Positions 12,972 through 26,866 of a stretch of 41,156 bases of DNA are shown here, piece after piece. The notes below the pieces were generated by a model. The model was not told the origin of the DNA and ran no database searches. It was given only the letters and a program-made list of their open reading frames with translations. The first letter of the stretch is position 1. The number at the start of each line of letters is the position of its first letter. The translations under genes and the position numbers were made by a program. This stretch comes from Parasitella parasitica NRRL 2501 (lineage: Eukaryota > Fungi > Mucoromycota), in assembly GCA_025201805.1 (NCBI GenBank), contig MU619356.1, positions 58,883-100,038 on the forward strand, read 5' to 3'.

Positions 12972-14029
12972 AAGGTAGCATAGTGGTTCAGATGATTTCC
13001 ACCAAAAAATATGTGAATATCGGTTTTCATTTTTTTGGGGGTAAACATACATAATTCTAAAGATGTGCATACATTAAATCCGCCGATTAGTGGAGAGAGA
13101 CGCACTGCATGTAGATGGTGATCTTGTAAATACGTAATGAGTGTGGCAGATAAACTACCGCTTATTTTATGTTTTATCTCATCTTCAGGCCACAGATATG
13201 CCCTTTGTATTTTCAAAAGTTTGCAAGCGAAGCGAAAGCGTATACACTTGGCTGTACATCTAACGTACAAATGGTCTCTTTCGAGCATTGCAAACAAAAA
13301 AAAAAAAAAAATTACCCCTGAGTCTGAGTTTAGCTGTCAAAATAATTATTGGTATTATACATTTATCACCCGCTTGCAAAATGCATGTAAAGAGTGGTGA
13401 CATTCAGCATGTAAATCTGCTATTTGTTTCATTTCAAAAGGTCAAATTATGAGATTTATTAGTTATGGATAGGTGGCCTAAAAAGACTGGAAGATTTGAA
13501 ATCCTAAATGGATGTTCAACGGCCCTACACAAAATGACCCTCCAATAATTATAAAAGGTTTACATAAAACTCGGGATTGCGAGACGAATAAGCAGCAGTG
13601 ATGCTTTTTTCTTTTATGAATGACGAGGCAAATGATCTATACATATATTAATATTGATAAAATTGTATGTTTTGGGGAAGCCGAAGTCAAATACATAATC
13701 TACTTTTTTCCATGGCTTGCAATATGCCTTGATTTTTTCAACGACATCGTATATAGCAGTTGATAATTAAAGCTTCGGATCAAACGCAAAATAAAAAAAA
13801 TTATTAAAAGCGATCATACGCTGATGTATATGATAGTAGTACTTCTGACCTTTATCCATCTGTAAGCATTGAGCATATCACAAATACGTGATCATGTGTA
13901 ACTACCATCATACTACTCTATATTTCACGTGTGCTTAAAGTATACAAAGATTACATATAAAAAGACCAATGATTTTTTCGTTTCCTTTTCTTCATCTCCT
14001 TTCTCTTACACTCATCCCTTTACAACACA

Positions 14030-15025
14030 ATGGAATTTCAAGAAGTCAACAATTATATAGCTCAAGACAGTGACGAAAATAAACGAAAGTCTGTATTTTC
14101 CGGCATTTTAAAACGATTGAAGCGAAAAACCAGCACAGAAAAGTTTAATGAATTCTGTATTAACGTCATAAAAGAGGTGAAAACATGGCCAGGTAGGATG
14201 CTACAAAGCTTGCTATTTTAAAGCAAAACCTTAAAGAGATATTGACTTATATTACGTAGTGTACGAAGTGGATCCTCGCATACATGATCCACTAAGAATC
14301 CCACATGATGTAATTTCACCAGAAGCACAGTCGTCTTTATCTGATGACTCTGAGGTTGTCAATCTTGTGGTTTTATCAAAAGAGGAAGAAAAGAAAACTG
14401 CTCGAACGGTGTATATTAACGAAACTGCGAATCAGATTCAACCAACTGACCATGGCAAGGACCCCAAGGAACCTCACGAACCATCGTCTAGTGACAGATT
14501 TATGTAAATATCTCTGATGTCGTCAAGTTGATTGTTCTCACCAAGCCCTATTAAAAAAAATAATAAAAAACATGTAGTTCAGTACAAGATGCCATCGTTT
14601 ACATAAATGAAGATATTGAGCTTATACAGAATGGAATCGAGATGGAGATAAAAAGAATTATTGCAAAACAGCAGGAGATCATGGAGTACCAAGACAAATG
14701 TCACTGGATGCACACGCAGATGGATGCTATCTATTATTCGATTTTGGGGATACTCAGAGACAATATACCAGAGATGATATCAATAGCAGAGAGGATGGTT
14801 GAAAACGAGCAGAAAGTCAAGCTTAACAAGAAAAAGAACAGTTTGCAAAAACATAGATTTGAAAAACATCGCAAAACTATGAATTTCGACACAAGGCTGG
14901 CAGAATTGAGAAAGAAAACCAGGGCTGTTTGGAGAAGAGATAAAATTTGGAATGGCATCAGAGATTGGGGATTTTTAATACTTTTCCTATTCGCCTTTGT
15001 CAACGCAGCCACAGTAGCATATTAA
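14030..15025 (+). CDS. Hypothetical ~284-aa coiled-coil protein with a C-terminal transmembrane helix
   Basis: Three ORF pieces splice in frame through GT-AG introns: 14030-14192, 14260-14503, 14578-15025. TATA-like TATAAAAA near 13956. C-terminus WGFLILFLFAFVNAATVAY. Confidence 0.75.
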
Positions 15026-15181
15026 TACCCATAAAAAAATGTATCATCCTTCTATACAGCCTAGCCTATCGAGAAAATGCTAATAATATCTAGTACACGT
15101 TCAACGTAAACCTAAAGACCTTTTATTCATTTTATTTTATTTTTATTTTTATTTTTTTTTAACAGAAAAAGAAGCACACTT

Positions 15182-16668
15182 TTACACTCTGAGCGCTTGG
15201 ATTGTTTTGCCAAATCCAACGCCAATCCATTCAGGGGCAGATTTACTCCATGTCAAAGAATTCACTTCAGCATCGGCAACATAAGCTAAAAGGGGGTCTT
15301 GGACGGAACGAGGAGGCTGATGGTTATATCTTTGTTGTGAATTTTGATAATAAGATCGATTGTCATTAGAGCCTTGATTGATATTCCAAACAAGCACTTG
15401 GGAATCGTCGCCGCCAGTCGCAATTTGGCCAGATTCGGTGGGAGACCAGCTTAAACAATTGATGCTTCCGCTGTGGCTCTTTGAAAGCTCTGCTACAGGT
15501 GCACTTGGGTAACGAATGTCCAATATTTGTACTACTGCGGAATCCATGTGAAATGTCGCTAGTAGATTAGAATTCATCCTACTGAATTGTAAACGTAAGA
15601 GAGGCACACTGGCATTATTTCCAACGCGTGTGTTGGGTGTAGGTTGAGCTTCGTATAAAATAGTCGAGTGTTCCAAAGAGCGTAAATCGAATAATCGTAC
15701 AGAGCCGTCAGCACCGACGCTAGCGAATGTGTCAGCAGAACCATGCATAAAAGCAACGTCGTAGACATCGCTGTCATGAGCAATCAATTGGGTCTTTGCT
15801 TGATTGGTTTCGACATTCCACACTGTGCATGTTGTGTCGATGCTCGAGGTGACGATAAGAGAAGGGTCAGTTTCATTCCAGTCAAACGAGGTTAAAGGAG
15901 CACAGAAATCAGATTGTTTCATCTAATAAAGAAATGATCAGGGATCTTTTACGAGACACCAAAGTCGGTATGGGGGAGGGTTTTTTTTTTTTTTTTTTAC
16001 ATTAACAAGTTCTGCCTTTTTGACCAATTGCTGCATGCTATGATTGTTGCTGCTGTTGGCTCTACTTGAACTGTTGATTGAATTGCTTTGTCCATGTCTT
16101 GGATCATCCACTAATTCCCAAATCCGTAAAATATCACCTGTGGTGGCCAAGAGATCACTATTCCTGGAATCACTCTGGGAGAAAGATGTCAGATACAACG
16201 CAAACACACACAAAAAAAAAACAAATCAAAACAAAACAAAAGAAAAAAAAGAAAAAAAAAAAAAAGAGCCTCCCTATTTCTAACCTTTCGTGGCTCCCAG
16301 AGGACCTTTGTAATAGGATAGTACGAGTCTGCTTCAGCGACGGGTGTAAAATCGTTTCTTTGGTCTATCTGTGAGTGGGTTTCTAGCAAATCGGTACGTG
16401 AAATAATTTGAAGCTGGTTGCGATATAGTCAGTATAGGTATATGGAGAGGAAAACCTGCTTTACCTTGTTGTTGCTGTCTTCGATAAAGCTGCCTACAGC
16501 AAGCCGGAAACTCTTTTGTTCGATGGATGTTTTACACCAATCCAAAGCATAAGTTAACCAAGGTGCGTCGTATTGGTAAATTTCTTTGGTTGGTGGAGCT
16601 GGGTCCTGTGTTCTAGTTGATTGCTGGTAGGGATACGAAGAATAGTGTGTGTTTCTTGAAGTATCCAT
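15182..16668 (-). CDS. DCAF7: WD40 protein of the DCAF7/WDR68/AN11 family (DYRK/Yak1 kinase scaffold)
   Basis: Exons 16668-16465, 16413-16285, 16174-16001, 15922-15182. Motifs FRLAVGSFIED, LLATTGDILRIW, APLTSFDWN, TSSIDTTCTVW, KTQLIAHD, FASVGADGSVRLFDLRSLEHSTILYE. Confidence 0.93.
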
Positions 16669-18204
16669 CTTGTCTCCAAAGTAAGAAAGAAAGAGAGAGG
16701 AAAAAGAAATAAAATACTCACACCAAAATAGCTGCGAAAGGTACCCTTCTCTTTTTTAGCGATTGCGTTTTGACCAATAACAAGTTGCTGTATATGTAAA
16801 TCGACATGTCTTTTGAGCCAACCAGTTTGTTGTTGCATGTTCCACATCATATTCAGGGATTCTATGACATGCTAACCACTGGTTTACACCCTTTTCCCGT
16901 TGTTATTGTTAGAAAATGGATATTTGCAAGATCTAACAAAGACCCCAAACATACGTTTACAAAGTGTCATTTTCATCGCTCGGTTGTCAGAACGTTTTAC
17001 AAAATTAACTCAAAAATCAAGCTTTCATTTTCTTTGGCTTTGGCTTTGATGCACTAGTCTCGTATGCACACATATGCAATCAAAATGCCATCCTCGAAAT
17101 AGGATCAAGGCAATACACATGAGACGTGCTAATTACAATTCGCAAAAGATCTCTCTCTTTAAAAAAGGAAAGTCAAATGTAAACAATCAATTACACGCTT
17201 ACAGACATCTCTTGTGTTTTTATAGACAAAAGCCGCTCATTCAGTGTATGCATTGGGTTTATGCAAGGCTCAAATATCGACCTCCCTCCCTCCCCCCCCC
17301 CGATCTTTACAGCGCTATATACTTGACTTTTGGATTTTCAAGTCTGCGGTATCCTAGGAATCAGGGAGGGGACATTGTTAGTTGAAAACCCTTGCTAGGT
17401 GCCGCCAAAAGTCCGTATCGTTATATCATCTGTCGTCAGCGATTTTGGTGCTGAATGGAAAACATAAACCACCAAAACATACAATCCGAAATATCACTAT
17501 CGTATACGACCCAGTATTCAAATTTGATGCTTTACATGTAAAAAAAAAAAAGCTAACCGGTTGTTTCATTATTTGCTGTCTGCTTGTCGGTTTTGCATGC
17601 AACAAAAAATAGAGACGAATCTTCGTATATGCTGTTATTGACGTAGCGCTTGATTTCTCAATGTTCCGCACTATGCTCTTGAAACAGTGATCATGTAATT
17701 GCTTTAAGCATTAAATGGTTGAATTTAATGGACTCAAACATGCTACTATTTTGTTGTTCATAGATCGTAGGTGCTGTATATTCATTTTATTACTATGCGA
17801 CACTTTCTTTTTTTTTTGGTCAATTCTGGGACAAATGACTATCTTCAAGCTCATTTTTTTGGTGCAGATTTGAGGCTCAAAGCAATAATGCTTATTCATA
17901 CTGTCGAGAAAGATAAATCTCACCACGTCGCCCGATTTCCTTCATCTACCTTTGTTGTCGAGAAATTCACCAATCAAGAAGGTTTTGATGGTTTTATAAT
18001 GTGTGGACCTACTATACGAAGCACCGAATTCCGCTGGTAAAGCACTTGCTGGTTCAAAATAAAGTTGCGAGTTACTTTTGGCATACAAACTGATATCGAC
18101 ATGTATGCTTAAATAAATGGTACAGCGACACAGTGCAGACTTGCAGAGTTAAATCATATAGTTCGCAAATGTTTACTTATGATAAAGCTTTCCANNNNNN
18201 NNNN

Positions 18205-18256
<52 letters not shown>

Positions 18257-19918
18257 TATTTTTCAATAATAGACTTAACGAACATGTCTTGTACGCTAAT
18301 TTCTTGTCCACAGTTTTCAATTAACTCGCGCAACTAGGAAAGATGCAGCACACCTTGAAAAGTTGCTCCAAAGGTCATTGATCCACGGAACATCAGCGTT
18401 GATTTAAAAATACGTTTGCCTTCCTCTTGATTTTAGGTTCTAATGAAATAAAGCCTATGTATGATTCTGTATATATAATTCCTGGTGATATACCATCGCC
18501 AAAAAGACTAAATTATGAAAATTTTTACAGCATACGTATACAAATTTTATCAAAAGGAATAAACTGAGACTACGACCATTATTAATATAGGGCCTTCCGA
18601 GACCAACGTAAGAAAACCCCATAGTCCGGATTTAATAATTGTCCAAAGTACCTTTATCTGGCGCCATTATTTCCTAATCATCATCCCCAGTTTTTGTTCC
18701 AACATAAATACACATGTAAGCATGCGTTTTACTCGTTCAATTTGTCGTTTGTGCTACTTGTGCAATCATGAGAAAAAAAAAAAAGAAAAAAAAAGAAAAA
18801 GACCCTCGGGATGGAATACATGTATTTAACGTTCAAGGGTGCCATTATGACACAACTCGGGACGAGCCATGACAATCCTTGATCTGCTATTTCCAAATAA
18901 AGTTTGTCGCGATATCATCTCTTTGAAATAAACTGAAATATGTATTCCAATCCATTTATTGCTGAACCCATGAGTCGCTTCTGGACAAGTTTTTAATAGT
19001 GCTCTATAAAGCAAGGTAAGCTTGCGTTCCCCCCCAAAAAAAAAGCCTCGGTACCTATTTCATTGGAACCTTTCACAAAAATAGTGTTTGTTTGTATGTG
19101 GATCGGAAAAACTGAACTCCTGGAATACTATGTATCATCAGATTTCATCAGATACTGAATCATTAACTGACACATACAGACATGCTTCATATTTCAGGAG
19201 AAGTACATTGATTACTGCCGCGTGAGTGTGTAAGTGCGTGTGTATATAAATTAAATTAAGCTTTTTTGTTGCAATCATGATGATCGCGATGATGACGATG
19301 ATGATGTTTGCACTTGATTACATACAAATAATCATTTGATACTAACAAAAAAAGCGTTTTCCTTTCATTTACTGTTACATCTTGTTTTTGACTCATGCAT
19401 TAACTTTCATATTGCAAAAGAAGGGGTGAGAGATACAAGTACTCGCTCGATAATTACTCAAATTGAAGCATTTCATTGTTTGTAATATACTCGAAAGAAG
19501 TCGATTAATTGGGGTTTATTATACCAGTTTATTAATTGCTGCGATGATTCAAAATCCATAAAATTACTAATGTCAAAACATTTTCAAATGTGACAATAAC
19601 AAATAAACAGATCAAAAAAAGAAAAAAAAAAAAAGAAAAAAAAATGTGAATCAGCAAAAGAAAGGTAAGAGGAGGAGCAAAAAGAGATACTTTGTCCCTG
19701 GATGTACAGTGTATCTACAAGACGTTTTCGATACATCATTTAAGATGTATATAAATGACTACTGTAAATTGACGTCGAAACAGTTTTACCCCTTAGTTTA
19801 ATAAAAATAACATGATATCATGTACACTTAAAAGGTTGCGTATAAAAACGCCAAAAAAAAAAAAGTGTTTCTCTTCCCCTTTTTTTTTTCCCTTGTTAAA
19901 CATCCTTTCATTTATCAA

Positions 19919-21471
19919 ATGACTACCACCACAGCAACATATACCATGCCGCCATCAGTGAACTCAATTATGTGTCAGTCCAATGTTGCCGGCCCCAACT
20001 TTCAACGCAGACTCTCATTCAGAAGAGACACACTCTCAAGCATGGTCAAAGATGTCAGAGTTGTAGATCCTGGAGAAACGATCAAGCAACAAAAAGCCAT
20101 CCAGCAAAAGGAAAGAAGTATCGAAAACTCCATGTTGCAACGTAGACACAGCATGCTAAACATGTCAAGCCGGGTGCCAGCCAAGAGACATACGCTTCTA
20201 CCACGCATTCACACATTGTCATACAGTGAATTAAGAGTGGCAGCATCGAATGCTTCGTCAAATATCACAGACAATGACTCCGTTGCCGCTCGTTCCGCTA
20301 CTCAGTGTGCCATGGATACGACTAATACCACCAAACTATCACCGGGTAAAATCCGATTGGACGAAAAAAACACGGGGAAATGCAAATCACCAACACTAAT
20401 TCCTCAGGAACACCGACGACAACAGAGAAAACAATCACAAGAAACAGTGATAAGCCATCTAAGAAAATGCTCTGCTTGTCATGAAAAAAGAGAAAACAAC
20501 CTTGCATCAAAAGGAGGGAAAGCAGCAGCAAGAGCGGGACGTCCACATGTATCAAGTATGACATCTGCATCCTTTTCATCTGATGATACCGTCTCTAGCT
20601 GTTCCAGCTTGAGCAGTAGCTATAAGAACAATGCTGCCCCCAATGACAGTTCTCAACGCAACTCTGTTATCAAAGAGCTAAAGAAGTGCATGTCTAATTA
20701 CTCCTCTCAGATGGACCAAATGTTGAATCACAATAAAAACACTATCCAAGCATGCAAGTCGCTTATTGCACAGCAACAGGACTTGCTCAATCAATTGGAC
20801 GAATTAGACCGAGAGCCAACACTTCCAGCCAGCCCACCTGCTCCACCTTCATCATCATCCATGGATTTGCTGAAGAATGTGTTTGCATTACGACCAAAGA
20901 CACAAATTGTGATTCGCCAAACTCGGGATAAAAATGAAGCTGACACCATATTCTCACTACAAGGTGTTTGTACAACAACAGCAAAAACATGCTACATCCC
21001 AGATGAGGTAAAGTGTTTCGCACTTTTGTTTATGCTACAGCAAATATTTAACACATTCATATTATAGATAAAGTCAGCAGCAAACGCATCAAAGCAACTA
21101 TCTTATACCCTCAATCTCACTCACAAAGACCGCTTGAATAAATTTGTATTAAAGCCAGTTGATCAATGGCAACCTGATCAGCATATTGGTGTTTGCCAAG
21201 ATAAGCAATGTGATCAAGGATTTAATTGGTTTCAACGTAAACACCACTGTAGAAGGTAAGCCTTATTTTTGTGTATTTGTTTTACCCTGTGCCTTTTTTA
21301 CTCACGCCAAACTACCGTATCTGTAGCTGTGGAAATATCTATTGTAGCATTCATAGCGGCAATCGACTGCCCTTGTTTACTGGCGATGCTTCAGCTTCCA
21401 ACCCTACATTTTCACGTGTGTGCGATGCCTGCTTTTACCAGCTAGTGGGCCATTCATTGAAGCCGCTTTGA
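19919..21471 (+). CDS. FYVE zinc-finger protein (~473 aa) with Ser-rich N-terminus and coiled coil
   Basis: Exons 19919-21007, 21068-21255, 21327-21471. Spliced C-terminus WQPD...CQDKQC...RKHHCRSCGNIYCSIHS...RVCDAC carries the WxxD, R+HHC+xCG and RVC FYVE signatures. Confidence 0.88.
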
Positions 21472-23014
21472 ATTCATATACATATGTACAAAATTAATGC
21501 CATTTTTATCATCAATGTATATAATCCATTAGCCTACTATCGTAATTTTATAACCAACACAGTGTTAGTACATACTATTTATACAAATAAACTTCATACA
21601 TTGCCTTTTCAATGTCATCTCCACGGTTATTTATAATGACACAATGCATTTACAGGCACCATCAAGATTCACGGCGCTCCTATCGTACATAATCATACAT
21701 GCATAAGCGCGCTTTTTTTTTTCTCTTATCCCTTTTGTTTGGGGGCAAAATATTAGGTGAGAATTTTCCAAATGTAAATAAAATGCACGTTGGAGCCGAA
21801 AAAAAAACAAAAAACAAAGAGAGGGAAAAAAAAAAAGAAAGCTACCATTATTTAATCAATTGTTTGGGGAATGCTCCTTTTTTCCACTTGAAGATCTGGT
21901 TCCTGAATTTTCTGATTTGACATGTTCAATCTCAGACTTGAGCATGGATGGATCCATGTTGAAATCTCATTGTTACTCTTGCACAGCTGCGGCCTACTTT
22001 TTGTCTGTGTGTTTCCATATCTGAATATGGCTTAGTTTGCATTTTTGTCTGTATGGAGGCTATCAATAATTAAATATTATATAAAACACCAAAAAAAAAA
22101 AGAGAAAAAAGAAAAAAAAAAGCCCCAAGAACACTGGATGCTTAGATGAGTCGGTTCTTTTGTTTATCCCAAACATCACAATCAATGGACTTTCAAACAA
22201 AGAATATGTACAGCAATGCAACAGTTTAGCTTTTTATGTACATATCTTGGCTTAGAAAAGCGCACAAACTGTCTATAAAAAGAAGAAAAGAATGGCCACT
22301 ACTACAGATGGCAAATTTCTTGAAATTAGAGTTTAGAAAGAACATAATAGACAGGCAGATGGAGGAGGAGTGATAACTTTGTTTTCTAGTCTTTTATCAG
22401 ACATCGCAAAACAATCAAAGCTCGAGTATTATTCGCTTCTCTTCTTAAGTCTCCTTGATTTCATTACTGTTATTTTTACTTTTTGCACAAAAAGAAGTTT
22501 GAGCACCTGACAAAAAGACCTATAAAAAATTAAAAAACGAATGTTACTCTTTTATTATACAATTAACACGTAATTGTCACGGGTCGGAAAGGAAACTCTG
22601 TCGACTTCTTTTGCATCTATCCTTTTTCTTTTGTTTTCATCTCTTTTTTGCAATAGATATTCCATCTTTTTGTTTTTTACAACCACAAACGCTTCCCTCG
22701 GCCGTCGAGTAATTTGTCTCTTTTAGACCTCCGATCACATTGCTCGTTATATTGCATCCAACTCGATAATCACATCTTGTCATTCTTTCTTTTTTTTTTT
22801 TTTTTTTNNNNNNNNNNNNNNNNNNNNNNNNNNNNNNNNNNNNNNNNNNNNNNNNNNNNNNNNNNNNNNNNNNNNNNNNNNNNNNNNNNNNNNNNNNNNN
22901 NNNNNNNNNNNNNNNNNNNNNNNNNNNNNNNNNNNNNNNNNNNNNNNNNNNNNNNNNNNNNNNNNNNNNNNNNNNNNNNNNNNNNNNNNNNNNNNNNNNN
23001 AAAAAAAAAAAAAG

Positions 23015-26000
23015 CGTCTTTCATTATTTAATGAGTACCCAGATTACAATTCATATTTGGCCTACATACTGACAAAGCTAAGCAGTGGAGATACGGATAC
23101 ACGAACAATCGCAGGATTGCAATTGAAAAACAACATCAAAAACCATTTCAACACTATACCATTGACCGTTCTGGATTATGTCAAACAATGCTGTATCGAC
23201 ATTATTGAATCTCCCCAGCCAGCTATTGCAAAAACTGTGTCTTGTGTTATCGCTGCCATTGTTCGAAGCGGCCAAGTGCATAACTGGATACAAGTCATTC
23301 GAATATTAATTGGCAAATTAGATACCCAACAGCCAGCAACTGTTCTTCATGTAGACTATATTTACAGATGCATCTGACATTATCCTCAATTAACTTGTAA
23401 ATCATTTAAATATAGATGGCATTTGATACAATAACAATGATATGCGAAGACGCTGCTTGCGAATTGGACCAAGAAATCAGCGGCATCCACCCATTAGAAG
23501 ACCTCATACCAAAGCTGATCGAGTTTTACACCAATCCCGACCCGACATTGCGAGTGCAAGCTATTCACGCCACCAGCCAATTTGTGCTATTAAAACCGGC
23601 TTCATTTGTGCTGCAGCTGGATTCTATTTTAGCAGCGTTATACACAAGAATAGCTGATGCCGACCCTCTCGTGAGACAAGAATTAAGCAGAATATTAGCC
23701 GTTATTTTAGAGGCTTTTCCACACAGCTTGGAGCCTAATCTTTGTCAAATTATTGAATACATGGTCAAAACAACTTCAGATCGAGACCCGCAGATTTCGC
23801 TTAGCGCCTGTGATTTTTGGATACAATATGCTCAAAGCAACTGTTACCGCCAAGAACTAGTAACTCATCTGCCAAAATTAACTGCGCATTTGCTAGAATT
23901 GATGGTCTACTCGGATGCTGATCTGTTAGATATCGGCCATGATCATCACATAGAAACAGCAGCAGCAGCTTGTATTAATAAATTAAAAATCTTGGAAGAC
24001 CAATCTATACAGCCTAGATATTATAGACCAAAAAATCAACCCGACCATCCTACTGCACCAGCAGCCACACAAGTTGACGATGGCCGTGATGAATTGAGTG
24101 ATCTTGAGGAAGAATCCGTGTCTTCATCTTCATCAGAAGAGGGCGGCGAAGAAGGGATTGAAGAAATTAGCAGCAATGACGGCAATGACAGTGGCATTTC
24201 AGACAATGAAATTCAGGAAGATTTCGACGACGAAGACTTTTACTCGGAAGATTCACTTCGAAAGTGCAGTGCAGCAGCCCTCGAGGCGCTATCAATATCG
24301 TTTGGTGATGATATTGCGCCGGTTTTGCTGCATCGCTTATTAAATGAAACCTTGATCAATGAAAATTGGCTGGTGAGAGAAAGTGGCATCCTGGCTCTTG
24401 GTGCAGCGGCTGAAGGTAAATGTAGTTCATCGTACATAAGCAACCTGCTCTAACTATTCATTAGGAGGCATCCAAGTGATCAGCCATCATTTGCACAGAT
24501 TGGTGCCATATTTATTGACTTGCATGGAAGATCCAAAGGTACATGGCTATTTTTATATACTACCCCACAGTTTTTAACGAGAAAACATCGCAGCCTCTGG
24601 TTAGATCTATCTCATGTTGGGCAATAAGCCGTTTTTCCAATTGGTTAGCTGAGCAGCACAATGCGAATGAGGAAAGTCGCAAACGGTACTTTGAACCCGT
24701 GCTATCTCAGCTGCTGAAAAGGCTGCTGGATCCCAACCAAAGAGTACAAGAATCAGCTTGTACAGCCTTTATCATCCTGGGAGAAATTGCCTCCGTTCGG
24801 CTTGTACCATATATATATCCAATACTTACACAAATGAACAGTGCTTTCGCTTTGTATCGCCGGAAAAATAGACTGATTCTGTATGATGCTCTGGGTACAG
24901 TAGCAGATGCTGTAGGGCCTGAACTAAACCAACCACAGTTCATCTATCTACTGATGCCTCCCTTGATAAACAAATGGAATGAGTTGTCTGACAAAGATAC
25001 TGATTTATTTCCTTTATTAGAGGTAAGCATTCATGGAGGCACAAACACACACATGATTGTTTACACTCTTTCCTTAGTGCCTATCAAATATAACAGCTGC
25101 TTTGGGTCCCGGGTTTATTCAATATGTCGAGCCTGTCTTGTCGAGATGCGTGAAACTTATATCCTCGACTTTGCAGGAACAGATACTTGCAGACCAGTAT
25201 CCAGATAAAATGATACCTCCTAATGTCGAATTTTTGATAGCGGCATTAGACCTATTGTCTGGCATAGTGCAAGGTCTAGGCCCTGCAATTGAACCGTTGA
25301 TTGCACAGACAAATCCCCCCTTAATAGCTCTTTTGCAGCAATGTATCCATGTAAGCCAGCATATTCTTTGTATCCTTATATACTAACCTATTTTCATGCC
25401 ATATCATATATAAGGATCCTGTGTCTGAAGTGCTGCAATCTACATTTGCCCTGATAGGTGATATTGCTATTGCCTGCTTCAAGCTTCTAGTTCCCTTCCT
25501 ACACGACATGCTTGTAGAATCAACACAGATCCTACGAAACGGAAATTATTTAATCTCTTTTTCTGTCTACAATAATGCACTTTGGGCTGTGGGGGAAATA
25601 GTCATGCGTCTGGGAAGCGGCACACAACCCTATGTGCGAGGTTTAATGGATGTATTCATACCTCTTTTAGCTCATCCACAAGCCCATGCTTCTATTCACG
25701 AGAACGCCATGATTGCACTGGGCCGTTTGGGTTTAGCCTGTCCTCAACATGTAGCACCTTACTTGCGGTCATTTGTAAAACCGTGGTTAGAGAAATCGTT
25801 ATCGGTCCGAGAGGGAGATGAGAAAGATTCAGCTTTTCGAGGTCTGTGTGTTGTAATAAAGTTTAATGCACAGGACGCACAAGAGGTAAACATTCGGTGC
25901 ATGTGAATCCTCACACATACGCTAAAAAGCTGCTGATAGGAACTATATTTGCTTCTGGTCGCTATTTCTGTTCTAAATACACCATCCAAGGCATTATTAA

Positions 26001-26174
26001 AAGAACTGAATGATGTAAGCTTTGTGTATTTTATCAATAGCTTGTTTAACATGGATTACGTAGATTGTAACAGGCCTTCGAAACATGACAAGCGAAGATG
26101 AATGGAATTATTTCACTTCACAATTAGACCCATATGCACATAAACATATTACAGAGATGCTAATTAAACTTTAG
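23015..26174 (+). CDS. KAP104: Transportin-1 / karyopherin-beta2 homolog (divergent); first exon presumably in the N gap 22808-23000
   Basis: Exons ~23015-23350, 23416-24415, 24465-24538, 24594-25022, 25078-25350, 25414-25885, 25940-26014, 26064-26174. Motifs YPDYNSYLAYIL, AGLQLKNN, acidic H8 loop, LRKCSAAALE, ESGILALGA, VRSISCW, VQESACTAF, LFPLLECLS, NNALWAVGEI, EKDSAFRGLC. Confidence 0.92.
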
Positions 26175-26866
26175 CTCTCCTTCCGTCCTGCTACTACTAT
26201 ATTATTTATACAATATCTCCTAATATCTTGTACCATACCTTATAAATAAAGCCGATCCTAATACTGTCCTGTAATAGTCTATTGGTCAGAGGTTTGTTCG
26301 ATGCTTTCGTTGAGGATCATTCCATTGGTTCTCCAGAGATGAACTAAATGAGGTTGTTCTAGTAGTGCTCAGCGCTGCGTTCACAACGCTTTTGAAAATA
26401 CCATTGGCGATGTGTCATTGAGGATTGCTTCCGTTCTTTTTTCGCCATGATTTATTATTCCATTCTGTGATACTCTTAGCCGATGTCCAAGTTGACAATT
26501 TTTCCCGGCCTGTTAATTTAATGTAAATTTATATACAGTGTTGCGTGATAATTTACTTGCTCATGTAATTCTCTGATTTTATGCATTTGGCTTTCTTCTT
26601 TTTTTTTTTCTAAATCATATTTTATTGTATGTAGAAAAAGTCCGCCCCTTTTTGGAGTCTTTGATTCAAGTCTTTATGAATTCAGCTTATATATATGTCC
26701 TGCATTTTACACCCTTCTACTGCAGAAAGGTTGGAAAATGGTGTTTCATTCGATTTCAGTCAAAACAAACAAAGTCAACAAAAAGTGAAATAGAGATTAT
26801 ACATTAGAAATAATTTTAAAAGTTGTGCAAAGACATACACACGAAATACTACGATATAATCTTAAA

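Noticed and set aside
12473-13297. Long ORFs with poly-K/poly-F/X, also at 8071-8582, 11141-11428, 22714-23031 and 38214-39164
   Set aside because: Artefacts of N gaps and the flanking homopolymer runs.
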